The notes under the pieces: model-generated
Told to the model about the DNA's origin: nothing
Database searches by the model: none
What the model saw: the letters and a program-made list of their open reading frames with translations, nothing else
Program-made: the position numbers and the translations under genes
Part shown: positions 1 to 10,658 of the stretch, piece after piece
Layout: every line of letters starts with the position of its first letter
Numbering within the stretch: position 1 is the first letter of the stretch
Assembly (NCBI GenBank): GCA_019638485.1
Contig: JAHBTP010000005.1
Span: 23,093-87,092 of the forward strand
DNA: 64,000 bases
Direction of reading: 5' to 3'
Source: Ferruginibacter sp.
GTDB lineage: Bacteria > Bacteroidota > Bacteroidia > Chitinophagales > Chitinophagaceae

Positions 1-830
1 AACCCTTTTCCTGTTTTCCTACCCAAATCTCCATTTTTTACTTTTTCAATCTGTAGCATATTAGGTTTAAATCGTACAGTTTCATTAAATGCATGATACA
101 AAGATTCAGTAACTGCAAGATTTATATCCATCCCAATCATATCCATTAATTTAAATGGCCCCATTTTAAATCCGGTTGCTTCAAGAATCTCATCAATCAC
201 TTTTATATCAGCCGCACCTTTTTCTGCTGCCTTTAAAGATTCGAGATAGAAATGCCGCGCCACCCGATTAACAATAAAGCCGGGGGAATCACTGCATATT
301 ACCGGAGTTTTTTGCTGAAGTTTGGCAAAAGAAGCGAGTGTTTGAATCGTGTTGTCATCTGTGTCATTTCCTCTTATAATTTCTACCAGCTTCATTATAT
401 GTGCGGGGTTGAAATAATGCATACCTGCAATACGATTAGGAAAAGGAATATTTTTTTGAATAGCTGAAATAGAAAGCGAAGAGGTGTTGGAAGCTAAAAT
501 AGTTGTTGGTGAATTTATTTCAGCTAATTGTAAAAAGACTTCATGCTTCACTTCCAATTTTTCTACAATAGCTTCAATGATTACATCTGCTATGCAATCA
601 CTCATTGCATTAGTGAAGGTGATGCGATTAATTACATCATCTGCAATTTCCCGGCTAATCTTTTCTTTTTCTACCAGCTTATTTACATTATGTAAAATTG
701 TCTTTGATGCTTTTAGCAAAACCGCATCATTTACATCAAACATCACCACATTGCATCCTGATTGAGCCACTGAGAGGGCAATTCCGCTACCCATAGTTCC
801 AGCACCAACAATTGCTACCTTATTTATCAT
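1..830 (-). CDS. 3-hydroxyacyl-CoA / 3-hydroxybutyryl-CoA dehydrogenase (C-terminus runs off the window start)
   Basis: Absent from the ORF track because it has no in-window stop. My reverse-complement translation from the ATG at 830-828 gives MINKVAIVGAGTMGSGIALSVAQSG (Rossmann GxGxxG), then ASNTSSLSIS, MHYFNPAHIMKLVEIIRG and SPGFIVNRV. These are the hallmark blocks of the Hbd/FadB-type family. Confidence 0.85.
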   Translation of the reverse strand, partial: MINKVAIVGAGTMGSGIALSVAQSGCNVVMFDVNDAVLLKASKTILHNVNKLVEKEKISREIADDVINRITFTNAMSDCIADVIIEAIVEKLEVKHEVFLQLAEINSPTTILASNTSSLSISAIQKNIPFPNRIAGMHYFNPAHIMKLVEIIRGNDTDDNTIQTLASFAKLQQKTPVICSDSPGFIVNRVARHFYLESLKAAEKGAADIKVIDEILEATGFKMGPFKLMDMIGMDINLAVTESLYHAFNETVRFKPNMLQIEKVKNGDLGRKTGKG

Positions 831-854
831 AATAAAATATTAGAGAAAGGGAAA

Positions 855-1886
855 TTAAAGTGCTGATTTAAATTGTTGTAAAAAGCGAATATCATTTTCA
901 CTAAACAAACGCAAATCCTTCACTCCATACTTAAGCATAGTAATTCGTTCTACACCCAATCCAAATGCGAATCCGGAATATTTTTCAGCATCAATATTAC
1001 AATTAGCCAGCACGTTGGGATGTACCATACCACAACCAAGAATTTCCACCCATCCTGTTTTTTTGCATACATTACATCCCTTTCCTTTACAAATCAAGCA
1101 ACTGATGTCCATTTCGGCACTTGGTTCAGTAAACGGAAAATAAGAAGGTCGGAATCGAACCTTCACATCATCACCAAACATTTCTTTCACAAAAAAATAA
1201 AGTGTTTGTTTTAAATCAGCAAACGAAACTTTCTCATCAATATACAGTCCTTCCACTTGATTAAAGAAACAATGTGCTCGCGCGCTGATGGTTTCATTTC
1301 TATACACTCGTCCCGGACAAACAATACGTAGTGGTAAAATCCCTTTTTCCATTTCGCGAATTTGTACACTACTGGTATGAGTTCTTAAAAGCCAATCGGG
1401 ATTTTTATTTATATAAAACGTATCCTGCATATCACGTGCAGGATGGTCATCGGGAAGATTAAGTGCAGTAAAGTTATGCCAGTCATCTTCAATTTCAGGA
1501 CCTTCTGCAACTGCAAAACCTAGGCGACCAAAGATTTCGAGGATATCATCCTGAACCAACCCAATAGGATGCCGACCACCTTTTGGTAAAATATAACCCG
1601 GCAAAGTGGTATCTAATCCTTTTTGCTGATTATTATTATCTGTGTCAAAAGTGGTTTTTAGATTCTCAAAAAACGTTTCAACAAAAACTTTAAACTCATT
1701 CAGCAATTGGCCGGCTTCTCTTTTTTTATCTGCATCAACCGTTTTCATTAATGCCATCGATGACTTTACCAGGCCCTTTGTTCCCAGGTATTTAATTCTA
1801 AAAGCTTCCAATGTAATCTTATCAGTTACTTTTTCGGCAGCTATTTCTGATTTATATTGATTTAGTTCTTTTATCAACTGGTCCAT
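855..1886 (-). CDS. pheS: phenylalanine--tRNA ligase alpha subunit
   Basis: Class II aaRS motifs are present (HPARDMQDTFY, FRPSYFPFTEPSAEMD, GFAFGLGVERI). The ATG at 1886 (MDQLIKEL) is preferred over the upstream TTG at 1913. Confidence 0.95.
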   Translation of the reverse strand: MDQLIKELNQYKSEIAAEKVTDKITLEAFRIKYLGTKGLVKSSMALMKTVDADKKREAGQLLNEFKVFVETFFENLKTTFDTDNNNQQKGLDTTLPGYILPKGGRHPIGLVQDDILEIFGRLGFAVAEGPEIEDDWHNFTALNLPDDHPARDMQDTFYINKNPDWLLRTHTSSVQIREMEKGILPLRIVCPGRVYRNETISARAHCFFNQVEGLYIDEKVSFADLKQTLYFFVKEMFGDDVKVRFRPSYFPFTEPSAEMDISCLICKGKGCNVCKKTGWVEILGCGMVHPNVLANCNIDAEKYSGFAFGLGVERITMLKYGVKDLRLFSENDIRFLQQFKSAL

Positions 1887-1980
1887 TAAGCAAAGATAAT
1901 CAAGCGCACACAATCATTAACAGAATGGAATTAACTTCTATTGCACTTATCTCGTATCTTTAAATTCAAAATACAGCACT

Positions 1981-2748
1981 ATGGCACTTTTTAAGTCAAG
2001 CAATCCGGTAATAAGTGAGAAAAGGCTACGCAGTACCATTATTCCTCAGGAGGTTTCAACAGCAGGAGGGATGACAATCAGGGGAACGATTAACAAATTT
2101 GGGTTTATGCTTTTTATGCTGTTGACGGCTTCTGTTTATGCCTGGAGGGTTCAGGCTTTGGGAGGTAATGCTGTTCCATTAATTTGGGGCGGGATGATTG
2201 GTGGTTTTATAGTTGCGCTCATCATAATATTTAAAACGCACTGGGCTCCTTATTTAGCTCCGTTATATGCCATGTTAGAAGGATTATTTATTGGGGCTAT
2301 TTCCGCATTTTTTAATGGTGCATTTGCAGAAACAGCACCCAACATAGTTTTTAATGCTGTAGGACTCACCCTTGGGGTTTGTGTATCCATGTTTTTTTTA
2401 TATCGCTTTAGAATAATAAAGGTTACGAAAATGTTTCGTTCTATTATTATATCTGCCACTGCAGGTATTGCCATATTTTATTTAATAGTAATGGTGATGC
2501 GTGCTTTTGGTTTTCAGGGAATGGCCTTTTTACACGAAGGCACAACACTTGGTATTGGTTTTTCTCTTTTTGTGGTTGGTATTGCCTCGTTAAATCTGCT
2601 TTTGGATTTTGATATGATAGAAAACGGAGTGAAGATGGGCGCACCCAAATATATGGAATGGTTTTGTGCATTCGGGTTGATGGTAACTATTGTTTGGCTT
2701 TATTTAGAAATTCTTCGTTTGCTATCAAAATTAAGCAGCAGAAATTAA
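1981..2748 (+). CDS. Bax inhibitor-1/YccA family membrane protein
   Basis: 255 aa with about 7 hydrophobic helices after a short soluble N-terminus. The layout and C-terminal region are typical of the BI-1/YccA family. Confidence 0.75.
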   Translation: MALFKSSNPVISEKRLRSTIIPQEVSTAGGMTIRGTINKFGFMLFMLLTASVYAWRVQALGGNAVPLIWGGMIGGFIVALIIIFKTHWAPYLAPLYAMLEGLFIGAISAFFNGAFAETAPNIVFNAVGLTLGVCVSMFFLYRFRIIKVTKMFRSIIISATAGIAIFYLIVMVMRAFGFQGMAFLHEGTTLGIGFSLFVVGIASLNLLLDFDMIENGVKMGAPKYMEWFCAFGLMVTIVWLYLEILRLLSKLSSRN

Positions 2749-2821
2749 CTAAGTAAAAAGGGATTCCTTGAGCGACAAACAATTTCTGTATTGTGCTATT
2801 GAATACAACAAAAAATAAAAA

Positions 2822-2850
2822 AGAGCCTCGCATAGGAGCGAGACTCTTTA
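2822..2850. terminator. bidirectional hairpin between convergent genes
   Basis: AGAGCCTCGC-atagga-GCGAGACTCT forms a stem of 9 of 10 bp. It is A-rich upstream and T-rich downstream, and lies between the stops at 2748 (+) and 2870 (-). Confidence 0.5.
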
Positions 2851-2869
2851 TATATAGGAGGTAAGCAAG

Positions 2870-3658
2870 CTATTCTCTTCCATCAAGGAGGTTACCTAAA
2901 CCACCAAGAATACTTCCTTCTTCTTTTCTTTTTACTGTACCATATTGTAAAATACGCCCAGCCAGCCTGCTGATAGGTAAGGACTGAATCCACACCTTAC
3001 CGGGGCCTTGTAACCGGGCAAAAAACAGGCCTTCGCCACCAAACATCCAGTTTTTAATTCCGCTTACAAATTCAATATCAAAATTAACTTCAGCAGTATA
3101 AGCCACCAGGCATCCTGTATCTATTTTCAATACCTCGCCAGGCAGTAATTCCTTTTCCATTATATAGCCTCCTGCATGAACAAAACACATACCATCTCCT
3201 TCAAGTTTTTGCATAATAAACCCTTCGCCACCAAACAGGCCGGTGCCCAGGCGACGTTGAAATTCAATACCCACACTTACTCCTTTAGCCGCTACAAGAA
3301 ACGCATCCTTTTGAGCAATAATTTTTCCGTTATGTAATGACAAATCAATAGGCACAATTTTTCCGGAATACGGAGCTGCAAAACTTACCGTAAGTTTTTT
3401 ATCAGAAACATTTGTAAAAGCAGTCATAAACAAACTCTCACCAGTTAATACCCGCTTACCTGCACTCATCAATTTTCCTAATAAACCTGAAGGTTGTTTA
3501 CTACCATCACCAAAAATAGTTTCCATAGTGATACCATGATCCATCATTAAAAAGCTACCGCTTTCTGCAACTGCTGTTTCATTGGGATCTAATTCAATTT
3601 GTACAAACTGCATCTCTTCTCCATGCAATTTGTAATCTATTTCATGATTTTGTTTCAT
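2870..3658 (-). CDS. AIM24/TIGR00266 (DUF124) family protein
   Basis: 262 aa. The N-terminus (YKLHGEEMQFVQIELDPNETAVAESGSFLMMD) and repeated GGEGF/GGEGLF motifs are characteristic of this family. Confidence 0.75.
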   Translation of the reverse strand: MKQNHEIDYKLHGEEMQFVQIELDPNETAVAESGSFLMMDHGITMETIFGDGSKQPSGLLGKLMSAGKRVLTGESLFMTAFTNVSDKKLTVSFAAPYSGKIVPIDLSLHNGKIIAQKDAFLVAAKGVSVGIEFQRRLGTGLFGGEGFIMQKLEGDGMCFVHAGGYIMEKELLPGEVLKIDTGCLVAYTAEVNFDIEFVSGIKNWMFGGEGLFFARLQGPGKVWIQSLPISRLAGRILQYGTVKRKEEGSILGGLGNLLDGRE

Positions 3659-3679
3659 ACAGATAATTATCGTCTAACA

Positions 3680-6600
3680 TTATTTATAATGAGGGTTGTC
3701 TCTCATTAATCCATTCCAAACTTTTTTCCTTTGCAACTTTTTAACGAGATACATAATACCAACAAAAATGAAGAAAACGGGGCCGAGGAAGCCTAAAATA
3801 GCTACATATCGGGTGCCATAAAATTTTTCCATCGGTCTTCTCAGTCGCTCAGCAATGAGATACATACTTGGCACCATCATCAGGGTGAGGAAGAAGGCAA
3901 AAATTAACCCATAAATAATAGTCCAACTAAGTGGCCCCCAAAACACCACACTATCACCACCAAAGAAAATATGTGGATTAAGTTTTGTAAACAGTGATTG
4001 GAAATCTATATTGAATCCCACAGCCAGGGGAAGCAGTCCCAACATAGTTGCAATAGCGGTAAGCATAACAGGAATAATTCTGATTTTTCCTGCCTGGATA
4101 GCCGCCTCACGTGTTCGTAGTCCTCTGGCTCTTAATTCATCGGTAAATTCAATAAGTAAAATTCCATTTTTAATTACAATCCCTGCCAGCCCTATAATCC
4201 CTACAAGGAGCATGATTGATGCAATTGTTTTTCCGGTTATAGCATATCCTAACAATACACCAATGATAGAAAAGAAGATTTCTGTAAGTACAATAAAAGG
4301 TTTACTCATAGAATTAAACTGAAGCACTAAGATTAGGAAGATGAGCCCCATAGCAGTAAGAAAAGCGCCCATCAGAAATGAATTTGTTTCTGCTTCCTGT
4401 TCTCCTTGTCCTGTTTGTTTAATGGTAACACCTGTTGGCAAGCGTGTTTTTGCTTTAAAGGCAGCAATCTTATCTCCTAATTCACGATTCACTCTATTAG
4501 TCATAGAAGCATCTAATACATTTGATTGTAATTGAATCATCCGCTTCACATTTTTTCGAGCAATAGCGCCTGATGCAGTAGTATAGTCAATAGAAGCAAT
4601 AGCACTAACCGGCACAGATTTCACCCGCATAGTTGTCATATCCATAAAGGTGATACGCATATTCATTAGGTCGTCAATATTGCTTCTATTATTTTCATTA
4701 TATCGTAATTGGATTTTATATTCATCCTCTCCTATTTTCAACTTACTTACTTCTTTTCCAAACAATGCGGTACGCAATTCCATACCTACTTGTCCGGTAG
4801 AAAGTCCTTCCATCATTGCTCTTTCTCTATCCACCTTAATGGTTATCTCCGGGCTGTTTAAATCTACATCCATAAGCAGATTTTCAACGCCATACACTTC
4901 ATTGGTATCTAAATAATTTGAAAGGCTGCGGGCAACCATAGCAATATCATCAAACTCATCACCACTAATTTCAATATTAACAGGCGGGTCTGTAGGTGGG
5001 CCGCTTTCTTCCTGATCTACTTCTATGCTTGCGCCCGGGATACCTCCCATTACAGCACGGATAGAGTCAATATAAGGGCCTGTTTCTTTTCCTTTTCGTT
5101 TTTCATATTCAACAAATGAAATTTGAATACGGCCAAGATTTGAGCGAACACTTCTATTATTATCACGCGGTTTGGTAGCACTGTTTGCTACATTGGTAAT
5201 CATACTTTCCACAATGGCATCCTTATTTCCAGGCAATTCATTTTTTAGCACTCCGGATACCCGTGTTTCAAGAACATGCATTACACTATCAGTAGCTTTA
5301 ACATCGGTACCTACGGGCATTTTTAAATACACATAAATAATATTAGGGTCTCCCTTAGGAAAAAATGTGGTTTTGTTTCCGCGTAAAAATAAGAGTCCGG
5401 CTGCTATGGGGAATAATAAAAACAACGATACCAATGCCCATACCGGTCTTTTCCCTTTCAATATCCATCGAAGAAGTTGTTCATATTTATTCATTAGGGA
5501 TGGTAATACCCTATCTTGAAAATAGTGAATAATCAGGCGGAATACGTAGCGGTTTAATACAGCCAGGATAACCATAAACAACAGGAAGTTTCCTAATCCC
5601 GGCCAGCCGATGATATTAAAAACCACACCAAGAAAAATGGCCAACCAGAACCACCACTTTCTAAAAAGCATTTTTTTGGGCTCTTCAAACTCTTTCCCTT
5701 CCGGATGCATAAAGCTTACCGCAAAAACCGGATTAAAAATGAATGCTACCACCAATGATGCGGCCAGTGTGAGAATAAGCATTACAGGTAGGTATATCAT
5801 AAACTTACCAATAATACCTTTCCAAAACAGCAATGGGAAAAACGGTGCAAGCGTAGTAGCAGTACCCGCTAACACAGGGATAAAGACTTCTCCTGCTGCA
5901 GCCTTAGCGCTTTTTAAAATGGGAACACGTCCGTTATTAAAAATACGGTGTGTATTTTCAATAACCACGATGGCATCATCAACAATAATACCCAACCCAA
6001 ATAAAAGGGCAAACAGCACAATAAAATTAAGGGTGATATCTGCGCCAATAACCATTTCTCCCAATGGCAGAAACAAAAACGCTACAAAGATGGATAATGG
6101 CACACTCAATGCAACAAAAAATGCATTGGTTACGCCCATAAAAAACATGAGTACAATAAGCACCAGTATAAATCCAATAATGATGGTATTTACTAATTCA
6201 TGAAAGGAGCTGGCAGTAGCACGGCTTTGATCTCCTGTAATAACCACTTTAAGATTAGAGGGTAAATCATCTGCTTGCTGCATATCCTTAACGATATCTT
6301 TAATTTTCTCGGCTGTACTAATCAGATTTTCTCCAGCGCGCTTAACAATGTTTAGGGTGATTACATTTTTTCCATCAAGGCGAGCAAAACTTTCTCTTTC
6401 CTTTATGGTATCTAAAATTTGTGCAACATCACGCAGATAAACGGTAGCTCCTTGTGAACTGCTTTTCACTACAATATTTTGCAGGTCGCTTGCACTTGAA
6501 AACTGTCCTTTAACTTTTACGGTTCGTTTCATTTGCCCTACATCCACTGATCCTCCTGTGATATCATGATTTTCTCTGCTAATGGCATTTTCAATATCAG

Positions 6601-7243
6601 TAAAACTAATTCGGGCAGCTTGTATTTTATAAGGATCTACATTAACTTGAATTTCTCTTTCAGGAGCACCAACAATTTCAGCACGAGTTATTTCACTAAG
6701 TTCTTCAAATCTATCCTGCATTTTTTCGGCATACTCTTTTAGTTTAACTCCATCATAATCTCCGCTCACATTTACAAACATGATTGGCATTTCACTAAAA
6801 GCAAACTCCTGCACATCCGGTTGGCTAGTTAGGTCATTAGGAAGATCAGACTGAGCCTTATCTATTGCATCTTTTACTTTTACTTTTGCCAAATCTGTTT
6901 TTACATCTGTATCAAATTCCACAATAATCAAACTAAAATCTGCCTGCGATGTGCTGGTAATCTTCTTCACTTTTGCTCCACTGATACCCTTCAATTGTTT
7001 TTCAATAGGGCGGGTTACCAGGTTTTCAATATCTTTTGGAGAATTTCCTGCATATACCGTAGTAACACTTACGGTGGGTACAACAATATCAGGAAACTGT
7101 TCTTTGGGCAGGTTATTAAACTTAAAAAATCCGTATGCTGAAATAAGGATAGCAATAATATAAATTGCGGTTCGATTATCAACCGACCAACTTGTTGGTT
7201 TAAACTCCTTTACTCTATCAGTTATACCTTTAAAGAAATCCAT
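3680..7243 (-). CDS. efflux RND transporter permease subunit (AcrB/CzcA superfamily), unusually long
   Basis: 1187 aa with typical RND blocks (FPDIVVPTVSVTTVYAGNSP, GLGIIVDDAIVVIEN, SMSKPFIVL). It is the last gene of the TetR-TolC-MFP-RND operon. Confidence 0.95.
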   Translation of the reverse strand: MDFFKGITDRVKEFKPTSWSVDNRTAIYIIAILISAYGFFKFNNLPKEQFPDIVVPTVSVTTVYAGNSPKDIENLVTRPIEKQLKGISGAKVKKITSTSQADFSLIIVEFDTDVKTDLAKVKVKDAIDKAQSDLPNDLTSQPDVQEFAFSEMPIMFVNVSGDYDGVKLKEYAEKMQDRFEELSEITRAEIVGAPEREIQVNVDPYKIQAARISFTDIENAISRENHDITGGSVDVGQMKRTVKVKGQFSSASDLQNIVVKSSSQGATVYLRDVAQILDTIKERESFARLDGKNVITLNIVKRAGENLISTAEKIKDIVKDMQQADDLPSNLKVVITGDQSRATASSFHELVNTIIIGFILVLIVLMFFMGVTNAFFVALSVPLSIFVAFLFLPLGEMVIGADITLNFIVLFALLFGLGIIVDDAIVVIENTHRIFNNGRVPILKSAKAAAGEVFIPVLAGTATTLAPFFPLLFWKGIIGKFMIYLPVMLILTLAASLVVAFIFNPVFAVSFMHPEGKEFEEPKKMLFRKWWFWLAIFLGVVFNIIGWPGLGNFLLFMVILAVLNRYVFRLIIHYFQDRVLPSLMNKYEQLLRWILKGKRPVWALVSLFLLFPIAAGLLFLRGNKTTFFPKGDPNIIYVYLKMPVGTDVKATDSVMHVLETRVSGVLKNELPGNKDAIVESMITNVANSATKPRDNNRSVRSNLGRIQISFVEYEKRKGKETGPYIDSIRAVMGGIPGASIEVDQEESGPPTDPPVNIEISGDEFDDIAMVARSLSNYLDTNEVYGVENLLMDVDLNSPEITIKVDRERAMMEGLSTGQVGMELRTALFGKEVSKLKIGEDEYKIQLRYNENNRSNIDDLMNMRITFMDMTTMRVKSVPVSAIASIDYTTASGAIARKNVKRMIQLQSNVLDASMTNRVNRELGDKIAAFKAKTRLPTGVTIKQTGQGEQEAETNSFLMGAFLTAMGLIFLILVLQFNSMSKPFIVLTEIFFSIIGVLLGYAITGKTIASIMLLVGIIGLAGIVIKNGILLIEFTDELRARGLRTREAAIQAGKIRIIPVMLTAIATMLGLLPLAVGFNIDFQSLFTKLNPHIFFGGDSVVFWGPLSWTIIYGLIFAFFLTLMMVPSMYLIAERLRRPMEKFYGTRYVAILGFLGPVFFIFVGIMYLVKKLQRKKVWNGLMRDNPHYK

Positions 7244-7374
7244 AAAATATTATTTTGGCTTTACAACAGCTATCTCTTACTTCATGTAGGAATGCATTCA
7301 TTAATCACTTAATCGTTAAAATTTCATTCCTGTTAAAAAAGAGATTAGTTTATGCCTTATCGTTAGTTTTAAAA

Positions 7375-8577
7375 TTAATCTGCGATTGCCTGTCCCTCAT
7401 ATATATCCTGATAGCCTTCTGAAACGACCTGTTCACCTCCCTTTAGCCCGGTTTTAATTTCTATCAGGTTTCCATAAGCCATTCCAATAGTTACCATAAC
7501 CTTTTGAGCCTCTTTGTTCCCGTTCTTTCCATTACGCGCAATAAAGACATATTTACCCGTTTCATCACTTTGTACTGCATTAACCGGTACCAGTACAGCA
7601 TTTTCAGATGAATAGTTCATCACTTTCATTACAGCGGTTTGATTAGGTTTTAACATGGGGTCAAACGGAACATGGGCTTCTGCTATAAAGCCGCGCAATG
7701 TGGGGTCTATAGATTGGCCAACAAGAGACAATGCAGCGCTTACCTCTTTATTTAAATCAGGAAAAAATATTAGTACAGGTGTTCCCTTTTTTAATTGACT
7801 AATATAATTTTCAGGAATATTAGAAACTACTTTCAGACTGGTATTATTTACAATTTTTATTTGTGGGCCTTGAGCTGTCATACCTGTAAAAAGTTCTCCA
7901 ACTCTAATACTCACTACATCAGCCACTCCATTTACATCACTATATACATTAGTGGTATTTGCTTGTTCAACAGCTACCTTTACTTGTTCGTTAGCTGCTT
8001 TGAGTTGGTCTTCCAATGCCTCTACATTTGTTCTGGCCTGAATGAGTTGTACTTCGGTACCAATACCTTGTTTCCACAAATTATTTTGTCGCTCGTAAAT
8101 ATTTCTTGCAAAATTGAGTTGTGTTTTTATTCCATTTAATTGTTGACGAGCTGCAGTTACTTGTTGTTGAATAATAGCATCATCAAGTTTTAGCAACAGT
8201 TGTCCTTTTTTAACATACTGTCCTTCACGAATAAAAATTGACTTCACTTGTCCACCAGCCCCACGCGGTGAGATATAGGAAATATTATCTGCATCTACCT
8301 TTCCCTGCAAGTCAACATAATGTTTAAAATTTTGTACCGTAGCTGTGGTAAAGGCAACCAATTTAATTTTTGTTGAACTGGTAGCCGAGGTATCCAGAAT
8401 GGCCAGTTCATCTTCCAGCTTTTTAATTTTATCGGCTGTTTTATCTTGTAAGTTTCGCAGTTGTTGTAGTTCAGTTTTTAGATTAGTTAGTTTATCTGTT
8501 TTTGTGCCACCACAAGCCAACAAAAAAAGTGAGCTAACAGCTAAGGGTATGCGATAATTAATTCTCATAAAATGCAA
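7375..8577 (-). CDS. efflux RND transporter periplasmic adaptor (MFP) lipoprotein
   Basis: Has a lipobox (LLACGG), a coiled-coil hairpin and barrel-sandwich motifs. It lies between the TolC and RND genes. Confidence 0.9.
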   Translation of the reverse strand: MHFMRINYRIPLAVSSLFLLACGGTKTDKLTNLKTELQQLRNLQDKTADKIKKLEDELAILDTSATSSTKIKLVAFTTATVQNFKHYVDLQGKVDADNISYISPRGAGGQVKSIFIREGQYVKKGQLLLKLDDAIIQQQVTAARQQLNGIKTQLNFARNIYERQNNLWKQGIGTEVQLIQARTNVEALEDQLKAANEQVKVAVEQANTTNVYSDVNGVADVVSIRVGELFTGMTAQGPQIKIVNNTSLKVVSNIPENYISQLKKGTPVLIFFPDLNKEVSAALSLVGQSIDPTLRGFIAEAHVPFDPMLKPNQTAVMKVMNYSSENAVLVPVNAVQSDETGKYVFIARNGKNGNKEAQKVMVTIGMAYGNLIEIKTGLKGGEQVVSEGYQDIYEGQAIAD

Positions 8578-8587
8578 TAATTAAAGA

Positions 8588-10000
8588 TTATAATTTTCCT
8601 GCGGCTTTTAAATAATTTACTTTAGCAATAATGGCATCATAGAGTGCGCTATAGTAATTATTTTGAGCCATTTTTAATTCCGTTTGTGCGGTATAAATTT
8701 CCTGGTTGCTACCCAATCCTTGTTGATATTTCAACACTGTAGTATTGTACACTTGTTCAGCCAGGTCCATATTTTTTCGTTGATTGTCTATTGTTTGAAC
8801 AGCAGAACGGATATTCAAGATAGCCTGCTTCACATCGTTATCAATAGAAGCTTCCATTTGCTGTAAGTTATTTTGTTGCTTTTGCCATTCATACTTTGCT
8901 TCAGCCACCTGTGCGCTTCTGGCAAAACCCCTAAATAGTGGGAAGGTTAGTTTTAAACCTACCAGATTGGTAGTAAACCAGGTTCCTCCATCAAAAAAGT
9001 CAAACTGGTTGCGCTGTGCATTTTTACTATAACTGCCAAATAGGGCAAGGGTGGGCAACCCGCTCAATTGATAGCGTTTTATATTATATTTATTAAGTCT
9101 TAATGCTTCTTTAAGCAATTGATAATCCTTTCGATCCTGATATTGATAAGCAGTATCCAGCAAGCCTTCTTTAACAGAATCTTCTGTAACTACATCAGTA
9201 AGAACAAGGGAATCTTTTTGTGGAAAATTCATCAGGAATTTCAATCCTGCCATACCGGCATTTAATCCATTTTGAACTTTTATCTTTTCTGTGATAAGAT
9301 TATTCAGTTGAACGCTTACCTTATCTACATCCAATTTTTCTGCAAATCCATTTTCATAAATTTTTCGGGTATCATTCAATAATTTTTCAAACCGTAAGAT
9401 ATTAGCATCAATGGAAGACATTTGTTGATTTCCCACTACTAATTGATAATAGATTTTTTCTACATTGGCTTTTATTTCTACCTGGGTAACCTCTGCTTTC
9501 TTACCTGCAAAGCGCATAGCTGTGTTGCGTGCTTGCAATCCTACAAAAACCTGCCCGTCAAAAAGTAATTGGGTTAAATCTATACCCCCACTCGCCTGCC
9601 AGTTAGAACCAAACTGAAAGGGCAATGAACCGAAGCCGCCCTCAGGAAAAGTAATGGTATTGCCATTTCCATCTTTAACCCCCTGATCAATGAGAACCTG
9701 ATAAGTAAAAGGAGAAATAAAATCAGGAATCACTTGTGTAGGCACATCAAAATAGCGTGATACAGACACATTACTGCTAATATTCGGTAAGGCTGCAGAG
9801 GTAACGCCTCTATTTACTTCCTTTTGAATCTTGATATCAAGGAGTGCATTCTTAACAGTTGCTGAATTTTTTAAAGCATAATCAACAGCCTGTTCCACTG
9901 AAAAATGTTGTACTGATGGCGTTTGAGCCAAAGTACTCATCATCGGGAAATTTGCAAAGAGGAAAAGGGTGCAAATAAAGAATTTTATATTGTATGTCAT
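8588..10000 (-). CDS. TolC family outer membrane efflux protein
   Basis: 470 aa with a signal peptide and the two-repeat TolC architecture. Its start abuts the TetR stop (10000/10001). Confidence 0.9.
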   Translation of the reverse strand: MTYNIKFFICTLFLFANFPMMSTLAQTPSVQHFSVEQAVDYALKNSATVKNALLDIKIQKEVNRGVTSAALPNISSNVSVSRYFDVPTQVIPDFISPFTYQVLIDQGVKDGNGNTITFPEGGFGSLPFQFGSNWQASGGIDLTQLLFDGQVFVGLQARNTAMRFAGKKAEVTQVEIKANVEKIYYQLVVGNQQMSSIDANILRFEKLLNDTRKIYENGFAEKLDVDKVSVQLNNLITEKIKVQNGLNAGMAGLKFLMNFPQKDSLVLTDVVTEDSVKEGLLDTAYQYQDRKDYQLLKEALRLNKYNIKRYQLSGLPTLALFGSYSKNAQRNQFDFFDGGTWFTTNLVGLKLTFPLFRGFARSAQVAEAKYEWQKQQNNLQQMEASIDNDVKQAILNIRSAVQTIDNQRKNMDLAEQVYNTTVLKYQQGLGSNQEIYTAQTELKMAQNNYYSALYDAIIAKVNYLKAAGKL

Positions 10001-10642
10001 CTATTTTTTTTGCTTTTGATCTTCTAATTGTTGTTGATATTTTTGAATAAGCTTATATCCCTTGGGAGTAACAAGTCCATACATAAAATGATAGTGTAAT
10101 TCATCGAATACAAATTCCATAGACAATTTTAATTGTTGAGAAACTTCGCGGTTAAATAAAAAATTTACTGCCTCGGTTCTAAATCGCGCAATAAGCTCCA
10201 CATGAAAATCCGTGCGGTACAATCCTTCTTCAATTCCTCTAAGCACATTTGATTTTACAATATCAAAGAGAAATTCATCTTTAAATTTTCTAAATTTCTC
10301 AAAACTTTTCGGGTGGTATTTTTGCAAATCATATAGCAAGCCGGGGTTCATTGTCTGCATTATTCCCCGATTCATATCCATAGAAAGAAAAATTTCATGG
10401 ATAGCATCTTTTGATTGAATCCTTTCCAACCTGCACATTTCACAATTATGATCTAACATCACTGTTACAATAGCGTCAACCAAATCATTTTTATCTTTGA
10501 AATACTGGTAAATTGTTTTTTTACTCATGCCCAAATGTGTGGCTAGGTCAGCCATACTCATGCTGCGAATACCATAACGCAATACCAAATCGCGTCCTTC
10601 TCTAATTATTCGGTCCCGTTGGGAGAGTTCATTTTCTGTCAT
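10001..10642 (-). CDS. TetR/AcrR family transcriptional regulator
   Basis: Has the N-terminal HTH (GIRSMSMADLATHLGMSKKTIYQYFKDKNDLV). It is the first gene of the efflux operon. Confidence 0.9.
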   Translation of the reverse strand: MTENELSQRDRIIREGRDLVLRYGIRSMSMADLATHLGMSKKTIYQYFKDKNDLVDAIVTVMLDHNCEMCRLERIQSKDAIHEIFLSMDMNRGIMQTMNPGLLYDLQKYHPKSFEKFRKFKDEFLFDIVKSNVLRGIEEGLYRTDFHVELIARFRTEAVNFLFNREVSQQLKLSMEFVFDELHYHFMYGLVTPKGYKLIQKYQQQLEDQKQKK

Positions 10643-10658
10643 GGGAGCGCAAAACTAT

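Noticed and set aside
1887-1913. Upstream alternative-start extensions given by the ORF track (pheS 1913, serC 12420, acetyltransferase 54475, regulator 18812, giant gene 31647, receptor 42383)
   Set aside because: The extensions begin at TTG/GTG and add non-conserved residues before canonical N-termini or signal peptides. Internal ATG starts fit family N-termini and gene spacing better.
5610-6203. Long antisense ORFs inside large genes (for example 5610-6203, 4011-4322, 33374-33772, 37517-37885, 23878-24240, 47869-48177)
   Set aside because: They are shadow ORFs opposite well-supported coding frames. Their composition is low-complexity or hydrophobic, and they have no independent motifs or start signals.
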